Assembly (NCBI GenBank): GCA_965261165.1
Contig: OZ253445.1
Coordinates: forward strand, 295,617 to 359,616
DNA from: Gammaproteobacteria bacterium
GTDB taxonomy: Bacteria; Pseudomonadota; Gammaproteobacteria; Eutrophobiales; Eutrophobiaceae
Direction: 5' to 3'
DNA: 64,000 nucleotides
Shown: positions 30,393 to 39,787 of the stretch, piece by piece
Layout: each line of letters opens with the position of its first letter
Position numbering within the stretch: position 1 is the first letter of the stretch
The notes under the pieces: generated by a model
What the model was told of the DNA's origin: nothing
Database searches by the model: none
What the model saw: the letters and a program-made list of their open reading frames with translations, nothing else
Translations under genes and position numbers: made by a program

Positions 30393-33300
30393 GTTTCAAT
30401 CCACGCGCCCCGTGCGGGGCGCGACGGAATAGAAAAATGATCAAGCGCGATTCTCATGGGTTTCAATCCACGCGCCCCGTACGGGGCGCGACCACCAGCA
30501 TTAAGAAATTTAGAAAGTCTTATTGTGTTTCAATCCACGCGCCCCGTGCGGGGCGCGACGCGATAAACAAACATCATTCGCGGGGTCATAGATGTTTCAA
30601 TCCACGCGCCCCGTGCGGGGCGCGACGCGATAAACAAACATCATTCGCGGGGTCATAGATGTTTCAATCCACGCGCCCCGTGCGGGGCGCGACGCCCAAC
30701 CTGCATCGACAAGATTTTGCGCAGCGCGTTTCAATCCACGCGCCCCGTGCGGGGCGCGACTTTTGTTATGGATGATGTCAGTGACTCTGTTGATGTTTCA
30801 ATCCACGCGCCCCGTGCGGGGCGCGACTTTTGCTTATGTTATCTGGTAGTTTCTTTAATAAAGTTTCAATCCACGCGCCCCGTGCGGGGCGCGACCAACA
30901 CAGTCTCGGTTAGTGTTATGATAGAGTCAGTTTCAATCCACGCGCCCCGTGCGGGGCGCGACCAGAGCTGTCAGCCAGCTCCCCATCGATCCGCATGTTT
31001 CAATCCACGCGCCCCGTGCGGGGTGCGGGGCCCCCAATGTTTCATCGCTTTCGTTATTTCTGGTTTCAATCCACGCGCCCCGTGCGGGGCGCGACTATAA
31101 AATGGTATGAGTCTAAGTTAAGCACAACGAGTTTCAATCCACGCGCCCCGTGCGGGGCGCGACTGCTGTTAATGCTTTTATTCCTGCCTGGGCACAAGTT
31201 TCAATCCACGCGCCCCGTGCGGGGCGCGACGCGCAAAAGATTCTAACTGTTCTGCACTTACTTTAGTTTCAATCCACGCGCCCCGTGCGGGGCGCGACTT
31301 ACAACAACAAGCAAAAGATTTAGGTTTAGTACTTGTTTCAATCCACGCGCCCCGTGCGGGGCGCGACTCTAGATTGTATGCTATTATTAAGACGTGGTAA
31401 TGTTTCAATCCACGCGCCCCGTGCGGGGCGCGACCTAACTGAGTCAGCGACTCCCGGGGTCATGCTTGGTTTCAATCCACGCGCCCCGTGCGGGGCGCGA
31501 CTCAAGATTAATGAATAAATAATTTTAATAGACAAGTTTCAATCCACGCGCCCCGTGCGGGGCGCGACCTAACTGAGTCAGCAACTCCCGGAGTCATGCT
31601 CGGTTTCAATCCACGCGCCCCGTGCGGGGCGCGACTATACTTGCGTTGAGGGCAACTTTTATTTTTCTTGTTTCAATCCACGCGCCCCGTGCGGGGCGCG
31701 ACCCCTTCTATATTTTTTTTAGGTTTGTATTTTGTGGTTTCAATCCACGCGCCCCGTGCGGGGCGCGACCTAATTGCGTGTATGTCTCTTGCGACGTTAT
31801 CGTGTTTCAATCCACGCGCCCCGTGCGGGGCGCGACCCGCGTAAATCTTTTTCATCAAATGAAAATGTAGGTTTCAATCCACGCGCCCCGTGCGGGGCGC
31901 GACTTAATTCTATCTACTCTACTTGTAGCAATATTTAGTTTCAATCCACGCGCCCCGTGCGGGGCGCGACTTGGACAAGGCTCTTGGACAGCGGATCATT
32001 ATGATGTTTCAATCCACGCGCCCCGTGCGGGGCGCGACCTAACTCAACGTTATCTCTAACAAATTGAGCAAGAGTTTCAATCCACGCGCCCCGTGCGGGG
32101 CGCGACTAAGCTTTTGCCAAAAATGTACGTTGGACTACACGTTTCAATCCACGCGCCCCGTGCGGGGCGCGACTTGGGGTATCTGTAAAAAAGTGAGAAA
32201 CTTGATGTTTCAATCCACGCGCCCCGTGCGGGGCGCGACTTAAATGACAGAGAGATCATACATTTTCATAGGTGTTTCAATCCACGCGCCCCGTGCGGGG
32301 CGCGACCACTGGCGTTGTAGTAAAATCATAATGACTAAAAAGTTTCAATCCACGCGCCCCGTGCGGGGCGCGACGCCTATATGATTAAATAAAAACAAAG
32401 CTTTAAGAGTTTCAATCCACGCGCCCCGTGCGGGGCGCGACTTAATCCAACTAATCTAGTGTTATCTGCAACGCGTGTTTCAATCCACGCGCCCCGTGCG
32501 GGGCGCGACTTGATCTCTTGATTGTGCTGTACTATTCAGTTGTGTTTCAATCCACGCGCCCCGTGCGGGGCGCGACAAAAAATGTTTGGGATAAATGTAA
32601 CAAACAGCCAGTTTCAATCCACGCGCCCCGTGCGGGGCGCGACTACTGTCATTACGCCATTGCTCCCTGTCTTCGATGTTTCAATCCACGCGCCCCGTGC
32701 GGGGCGCGACGCGTAGTTAACGGGCATAAAGAATTTTTAACGTGGTTTCAATCCACGCGCCCCGTGCGGGGCGCGACGTCCTCATCCCGAGCAATATTAA
32801 ATATGAAATTGGTTTCAATCCACGCGCCCCGTGCGGGGCGCGACAAGAGGTTTTCTCGATGACATCAAGGATGATACAGTTTCAATCCACGCGCCCCGTG
32901 CGGGGCGCGACCTAACATACTCATCATAATGATCATTAGTCCAGGGTTTCAATCCACGCGCCCCGTGCGGGGCGCGACTTGAGACAGCAATTATGCCTCA
33001 GCGAAACATGGAGTTTCAATCCACGCGCCCCGTGCGGGGCGCGACGACATACGCGCCAGAACGATTTCAACCGTTGGAATGTTTCAATCCACGCGCCCCG
33101 TGCGGGGCGCGACGCAGCATATCAACGAGTATCAACAACAAGAGATAGTTTCAATCCACGCGCCCCGTGCGGGGCGCGACTGCTGTCATTAAACATACTA
33201 TCTCTATAATCGGGGTTTCAATCCACGCGCCCCGTGCGGGGCGCGACCTACTAGCTCAGTAAACAACAGCGTTAAGCTAGATGTTTCAATCCACGCGCCC

Positions 33301-36300
33301 CGTGCGGGGCGCGACTTGAGACATTCGCATCCTTGTAGCAAGAGACGATGTTTCAATCCACGCGCCCCGTGCGGGGCGCGACTTCGCTAAGTCAGATTGA
33401 AAGCGCCCTACGTTAGCGTTTCAATCCACGCGCCCCGTGCGGGGCGCGACATTACACTATCACCATGTCCATACTCGAATCTGTGGTTTCAATCCACGCG
33501 CCCCGTGCGGGGCGCGACGATGGCTGGTGCGAGAGTTATACGAGCTGAAGCTGTTTCAATCCACGCGCCCCGTGCGGGGCGCGACCAAATCTACTCGTTG
33601 ACTCAGTCGCGACTGCCCTGTTTCAATCCACGCGCCCCGTGCGGGGCGCGACTACATTTTGTCAAACATACTTTAAAAAGTTGGGTGGTTTCAATCCACG
33701 CGCCCCGTGCGGGGCGCGACTTACCCCGCTGTAACATCACATGTTTTTCAAACGGTTTCAATCCACGCGCCCCGTGCGGGGCGCGACTTTGAGCGATAGA
33801 GCTAAATATTCCACCACTGCCGGTTTCAATCCACGCGCCCCGTGCGGGGCGCGACTTAATAGTGCTACTATTTATATCTGATGTTGTTAGTTTCAATCCA
33901 CGCGCCCCGTGCGGGGCGCGACGTTCATATCCAATTATATTTACATGCAAAAATCGGTTTCAATCCACGCGCCCCGTGCGGGGCGCGACCTTATCATCAT
34001 AGACATCATTCTCTCCATCGAGAAGTTTCAATCCACGCGCCCCGTGCGGGGCGCGACCTAAAGTTAATAGTCCACACGTGCCGTTTTCGGCGTTTCAATC
34101 CACGCGCCCCGTGCGGGGCGCGACCCAAATCTCCCACCTTTACAGGATCCGAGAAAAGTTTCAATCCACGCGCCCCGTGCGGGGCGCGACCCAAATCTCC
34201 CACCTTTACAGGATCCGAGAAAAGTTTCAATCCACGCGCCCCGTGCGGGGCGCGACCTGGTAATTTCGTTCTTCCAAACATCTTCGCCGGGTTTCAATCC
34301 ACGCGCCCCGTGCGGGGCGCGACCCAAAAATATTCGGGTTGCCATCATGAATAATCCTGTTTCAATCCACGCGCCCCGTGCGGGGCGCGACTAAAAAAAG
34401 AGGGTTTGTAAAATGAGAACAAAAGGTTTCAATCCACGCGCCCCGTGCGGGGCGCGACAATGTCTCCAAAAAATTCAACGTCAATATTGCCTGTTTCAAT
34501 CCACGCGCCCCGTGCGGGGCGCGACATAATGTTTATGTCCCACGAGTGTTGCAGCCAGAGTTTCAATCCACGCGCCCCGTGCGGGGCGCGACTTTCAATA
34601 TTGCGCTTATAAGTTTCTCTAGCGTGTGTTTCAATCCACGCGCCCCGTGCGGGGCGCGACCTGGAATATTTTTTAATTCCGCAAAAGATGTATTGTTTCA
34701 ATCCACGCGCCCCGTGCGGGGCGCGACTACGATCTCTGTGATGTGGTTGTCAAAATCAGAAGTTTCAATCCACGCGCCCCGTGCGGGGCGCGACTTGATG
34801 TTTCAGACAGTGTACATGTCAGAGCAAAGTTTCAATCCACGCGCCCCGTGCGGGGCGCGACTTAATTCATGAAGATTATTGCGATTGCGGTTGGCGTTTC
34901 AATCCACGCGCCCCGTGCGGGGCGCGACGCCAGCTACAAGCGTTGTTGTGACTGCTTTAGAGGGTTTCAATCCACGCGCCCCGTGCGGGGCGCGACCCCT
35001 GCTTAGCAACTAACTTTATTTATGATCCTATGTTTCAATCCACGCGCCCCGTGCGGGGCGCGACGTCGCTACTAGAGACGTTGATTCATCATTGTTAAGT
35101 TTCAATCCACGCGCCCCGTGCGGGGCGCGACCGGGACACGCCTCGCGATTTTATCGTTCGGCAGAAAGTTTCAATCCACGCGCCCCGTGCGGGGCGCGAC
35201 CTAACTGAGTCAGCAACCCCCGGAGTTATGCTCGGGTTTCAATCCACGCGCCCCGTGCGGGGCGCGACGTTTGCAAGCTAAGCTAACATCCATAGCGCGA
35301 CAGTTTCAATCCACGCGCCCCGTGCGGGGCGCGACCAAACAATGTTAAATATGAAATTGAAATTTTGAAGTTTCAATCCACGCGCCCCGTGCGGGGCGCG
35401 ACATCCTTACTTCATTATTATCTGCGTCAGTCCAAGTGTTTCAATCCACGCGCCCCGTGCGGGGCGCGACCTTGTTTGTGGATATATTAGCGATCAAGAC
35501 GGTTGTTTCAATCCACGCGCCCCGTGCGGGGCGCGACTTCAGCAACAGCAGCGCTTGCTGTTATGGGAACAGTTTCAATCCACGCGCCCCGTGCGGGGCG
35601 CGACGAAAATAAAACGCCTATTACCAACAAAATAAAGAAGTTTCAATCCACGCGCCCCGTGCGGGGCGCGACCCAAAGGCAAAGCCATAACTATCACCTA
35701 ATAGTATGTTTCAATCCACGCGCCCCGTGCGGGGCGCGACCGGGAACCAATCCGCAGGAAGCTTACTGGTGATGGTTTCAATCCACGCGCCCCGTGCGGG
35801 GCGCGACTTTTGCTTATGTTATCTGGCAGTTTCTTAAGTAAAGTTTCAATCCACGCGCCCCGTGCGGGGCGCGACTGCGCTGACCCGTACCCAGCCGCGA
35901 CGTAGCTAAGTTTCTTAAGTAAAGTTTCAATCCACGCGCCCCGTGCGGGGCGCGACTTCAGCTCTAAATTCTTTTGTTATTTTTGTTACAAGTTTCAATC
36001 CACGCGCCCCGTGCGGGGCGCGACATAATAATCCTCCCACCTGTAGCTGTTCTTATATGTTTCAATCCACGCGCCCCGTGCGGGGCGCGACTGCGATATG
36101 CTAATCTGCGAGATGCTAATCTGAAGTTTCAATCCACGCGCCCCGTGCGGGGCGCGACCACCAGAATAATCCTTTTTATTCGGGGGTATATGATGTTTCA
36201 ATCCACGCGCCCCGTGCGGGGCGCGACCAACGTCTTCATTAAAATCACCGTAGATTTTTATGTTTCAATCCACGCGCCCCGTGCGGGGCGCGACTTGACG

Positions 36301-36697
36301 TATCCGACAAAGATGAGGCATTATCGATGTTTCAATCCACGCGCCCCGTGCGGGGCGCGACGGGCAGGATAGCCCGCTCCATGAAGCGGCGGTAGGGTTT
36401 CAATCCACGCGCCCCGTGCGGGGCGCGACGGAAGAGTGAGTGGAATAAACATCACCATAAAATGTTTCAATCCACGCGCCCCGTGCGGGGCGCGACATAA
36501 CTCTATCAAGCGAATTAGCGTTAAGCCCAAGTTTCAATCCACGCGCCCCGTGCGGGGCGCGACCCTGTTGCGCTATTTTTTTCTTATCTGCGATGAAGTT
36601 TCAATCCACGCGCCCCGTGCGGGGCGCGACTCGGATACGTCAAATCGTGATCCGCAAGATAACGGTTTCAATCCACGCGCCCCGTGCGGGGCGCGAC
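30393..36697 (-). CRISPR. type I-C CRISPR array: 94 copies of a 33-nt repeat and 93 spacers (33-36 nt, one of 48 nt)
   Basis: Plus-strand repeat GTTTCAATCCACGCGCCCCGTGCGGGGCGCGAC. The minus strand reads GTCGCGCCCCGCACGGGGCGCGTGGATTGAAAC, with a 7-bp hairpin and the ATTGAAAC 3' end typical of I-C. Repeat starts were located one by one by reading. The array lies next to cas2 on the same strand. Confidence 0.98.
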
Positions 36698-36873
36698 AAT
36701 CGCATTCTATCCTACTGTTATTGTTAAAGAAATAGCCGATATAACGCTAACCATAAATCCCAAATTGTAAAAGATCGAAGCATTACACCGCACCTGAAAC
36801 TATAGTATTAAAAATCAAATGGTTATGATTCCGCTAACCGGTTGCTGATTCTATGATAACGAACAGTTGGCGT
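36698..36873 (-). promoter_or_regulatory. CRISPR leader (AT-rich spacer between the cas2 stop and the first repeat)
   Basis: 176-nt non-coding AT-rich segment between cas2 and the cas-proximal repeat. The promoter itself was not pinpointed. Confidence 0.6.
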
Positions 36874-37167
36874 TCACACAATCAACGAATCTCGAAGCAC
36901 ATCTGGCGTCTCTTTTGTTCCATGATGTTCCACTTTGCGCTTCCAGTTGGAGCCGAGATAATAAAACCGCAAACTGTCGAGATTAGCATCATAGGCTTCC
37001 AGCAATGCGGATTTTAGATTCACCCATTGGGCTGGGGTTATCTCGCACTCGAAAACCGAATATTGCACGCGAATACCGTAGTCTTTACACAGTTTACTGA
37101 TGTGTCGTAAACGCTTGCTGCCCCCAGCCCCGCTCACATTTACATCATAGGTTATTAACACTAACAT
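36874..37167 (-). CDS. cas2: CRISPR-associated endoribonuclease Cas2
   Basis: 97 aa. MLVLITYDV N-terminus. YSVFEC block. Confidence 0.95.
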   Translation of the reverse strand: MLVLITYDVNVSGAGGSKRLRHISKLCKDYGIRVQYSVFECEITPAQWVNLKSALLEAYDANLDSLRFYYLGSNWKRKVEHHGTKETPDVLRDSLIV

Positions 37168-37176
37168 GACTACTCT

Positions 37177-38196
37177 TCAACGAACCAAAAACGGCGGATA
37201 GCATTCCATATCATCACGCAAAAATTTTGCCAATAACATGGATTGTACATGCGGTAACAGACCAATCTGAATTTTCTCTCCGATATAGGGATGCTGCAAA
37301 TTTTCCTGCTTTCGCTCTTGCCATTGGGTAAGAAACATTTTTCTGGCATCGTCTTTCATTCTGATAGCGCCGCTGGCTTCGGTTATAAAATCGGCTGATG
37401 TAATTTGTTTGCGGTTAATTAAAGTCAGCACGAACCGATCACACCACCAAGCTCTAAATTCTTCCAGCATATCCAGCGCCAAACTTACCCGTCCGGGGCG
37501 GTCGGTATGTAAAAAGCCAACATAAGGGTCTAATCCCACCCCTTGCAGCGCCGAGGCGATTTCATGGGTCAACAAGGTGTAGCTGAATGAAAGCAGTGCG
37601 TTTACTTTATCAAGCGGCGGTCTTTTGGTTCTGCCGCTAAATGTGAAATTATTTCGCTGGTTTTCCAGCACCAAGCGGTTGAATACAGAAAAATAGCGGG
37701 CGGCGGCATCCCCCTCTATGCCTCGTATTTGATCGACATCGGTCTGGTGTTCCAGCCGTCTTATGCTCCCTGCGAGCATGGTTACAACCTGCTTTATCGA
37801 ATCATCGTTGCCATGGTTGCGTTGATGTTTCATCAGTATTTGTCGGCTATTGGTCAGTTTTGCGGCTACAAAAAGCCGCGATAACACGGCGGGCGCATTA
37901 TCGGCCAGCCGGTATTGTGTGCGGCGTAACAGCACATTGCCGCTTTGCGGTCCCTGCACTCGCCCTTGAAACTTGCCAAATCCAGTAAAGAACGAAAGTC
38001 CAATGCCTTTTTCACCACATGCCGCCATGAAGTCAGGCGATACCATGACCCGGCCAAAGCAAAACAAATTGCCAATCGCATGAAACGGCAGTTGCAATAC
38101 TTTTTTCCTTTCCTGCTCAATAACGATGGTTTCGCGTTCTTTGTGCACATAGCTACCATCGGTAGTAATGTACAGATTATTGAGTAGTTTCTTCAT
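37177..38196 (-). CDS. cas1: CRISPR-associated endonuclease Cas1 (type I-C); start trimmed to MKKLLNNLYI
   Basis: Cas1 blocks (GNVLLRRTQY, IRGIEGDAARYF, DPYVGFLHTD). Overlaps the cas4 3' end by 20 nt. Confidence 0.93.
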   Translation of the reverse strand: MKKLLNNLYITTDGSYVHKERETIVIEQERKKVLQLPFHAIGNLFCFGRVMVSPDFMAACGEKGIGLSFFTGFGKFQGRVQGPQSGNVLLRRTQYRLADNAPAVLSRLFVAAKLTNSRQILMKHQRNHGNDDSIKQVVTMLAGSIRRLEHQTDVDQIRGIEGDAAARYFSVFNRLVLENQRNNFTFSGRTKRPPLDKVNALLSFSYTLLTHEIASALQGVGLDPYVGFLHTDRPGRVSLALDMLEEFRAWWCDRFVLTLINRKQITSADFITEASGAIRMKDDARKMFLTQWQERKQENLQHPYIGEKIQIGLLPHVQSMLLAKFLRDDMECYPPFLVR

Positions 38197-38797
38197 CGTA
38201 AAACATTTTTTCCACATACGAACCGCTGTGATCCTTGTGTTGTGGGGAGCATCGCTCAATAAACGAGCAGGCTTTGCATGAGGGGGAATAAACTGCTTGC
38301 GGCAGTTTTCCGGCAGCGAATAATTTTTTTGTTGCCTTGATAATCGCCAGTGTTGATGTTCTTAGCGCATCGTCAATATCAATCCATTCGCGCCGCCGAA
38401 CCTGCCAATACCAGATTGCCGCTTTGTCTATCTGCTGCTTGGTCATTTCCTCCAGACACAGAGCTTGGGCACAAAGCTGAACACGGTCACAATCCGCCAC
38501 TTTGGGTTTGCCTCTTTTGTATTCAATGGGCATGACCGCGCCAGAATCGCGATTCATTTCCAGCAGATCAAGCTGACCATGCACACCCAATTTTTCCGAG
38601 CAAACCTGTACCCCGCGCTCAGAGCGGATATTGCCGCGTGTTTCCGCTTCGCTACTATGTACCCGTTCGTGTAGCTGGCTACCCTTGGCGGTGAGATAAT
38701 TGTCCATCCACGCCCGTTCGATGTGGATATAGGCGCATTGCCTCGGGCAGAAGGCGTAATGCTGGAGGGCGGAAATCGGGATGGAGATGTTTTGCAC
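38177..38797 (-). CDS. cas4: CRISPR-associated exonuclease Cas4
   Basis: 206 aa. N-terminal Cys (YAFCPRQC) plus C-terminal CKACSFIERC (Fe-S cluster). RecB-like IEYKRGK motif. Confidence 0.9.
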   Translation of the reverse strand: MQNISIPISALQHYAFCPRQCAYIHIERAWMDNYLTAKGSQLHERVHSSEAETRGNIRSERGVQVCSEKLGVHGQLDLLEMNRDSGAVMPIEYKRGKPKVADCDRVQLCAQALCLEEMTKQQIDKAAIWYWQVRRREWIDIDDALRTSTLAIIKATKKLFAAGKLPQAVYSPSCKACSFIERCSPQHKDHSGSYVEKMFYDEETTQ

Positions 38798-38893
38798 GGT
38801 TGGTCACCGATCTACTCAATTGGTTGTTTGGTTATTCGGGGCGGTGGCGACATTCCATGTGATTCTCCATTATTGTCGAGTACGCCCTAATCC

Positions 38894-39787
38894 CTAAACC
38901 CGTTGAATCAGCTCGACTTCTGCTGGCATATCTGATTCATCTACCGTTACGCTATAGTCTGCGAAATCTCTCGGGGGCTTATCTTCACTATTGAGCGTTA
39001 CTTTGATGCGTTGAAAAAGTTTATTGGCATGGGCGTTGCCAAGCAGGCTGTTGTGTTTGAATACATACAGTCCACGAGTGGTCATTTCCCCTCGGGCAGC
39101 AGAGCGATCATGCTCAAACATTTGCTCAAGAGCAGTGAAAAATAACTCCAGGTCTTCTTCTGAAAAGCCGGTTTGTTGGGCGAGATGTGCCGAGATAAAA
39201 CCATGACATCGATATAACCCGTAGGGAACGGTATGCTTGCGCCCCATCGTTCGATTATCCCCATCCTGTTTTTTCGCTTCTTCTTTTGTCGCAACCGCCA
39301 TTCTGGTGATCGAATGCTCTTGCGAAACTATCGGATTCATGGATCGTGCGAAAGTCAATTGAACGGGACCGCGAACTTGTCCACAATTGATGTTTGTGGA
39401 CATCACCGCACCAAAAGTACGCACATCAAAGAAATTCGTACAAATCCATTTACGCGCTTTCTCAACGGTTTCGCTCGTGCCTTTACGTCCCTTTTCTTTT
39501 TTCAAATCTTCTTCAGCACCAACGGCAATAAAAGCTTTCTCATGTGTCTCATTAAGCACTGCTTTTTCTCTAACATAAATGTCGTAGGGTGGTTCATCGC
39601 CTTTACTGACGCTCACAAAATTACGCACCTTGCGCTTCAGGCAGACATCGGTAACAAGCCCGCGACCCGTTTCAGCGTCAATGCGCGGCATATTTCCCGC
39701 ATCTGGGTCGCCATTCGGGTTGCCATCTTTAACATCAAATAACAATACAAAATCGTAACGGCTTTCTAAATTCATGTCTAAACTCAT
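38894..39787 (-). CDS. cas7: Cas7c (Csd2), type I-C Cascade backbone
   Basis: [19 protein letters not shown] signature. ATGA overlap with cas8c. Confidence 0.93.
   Translation of the reverse strand: MSLDMNLESRYDFVLLFDVKDGNPNGDPDAGNMPRIDAETGRGLVTDVCLKRKVRNFVSVSKGDEPPYDIYVREKAVLNETHEKAFIAVGAEEDLKKEKGRKGTSETVEKARKWICTNFFDVRTFGAVMSTNINCGQVRGPVQLTFARSMNPIVSQEHSITRMAVATKEEAKKQDGDNRTMGRKHTVPYGLYRCHGFISAHLAQQTGFSEEDLELFFTALEQMFEHDRSAARGEMTTRGLYVFKHNSLLGNAHANKLFQRIKVTLNSEDKPPRDFADYSVTVDESDMPAEVELIQRV

Noticed and set aside
30386-36735. About 30 ORFs of 60-157 aa on both strands with recurring peptides (FQSTRPVRGAT, FNPRAPCGAR, VSIHAPRAGRD, SRPARGAWIET).
   Set aside because: They are translations of the CRISPR repeat in different frames, so they are not genes.
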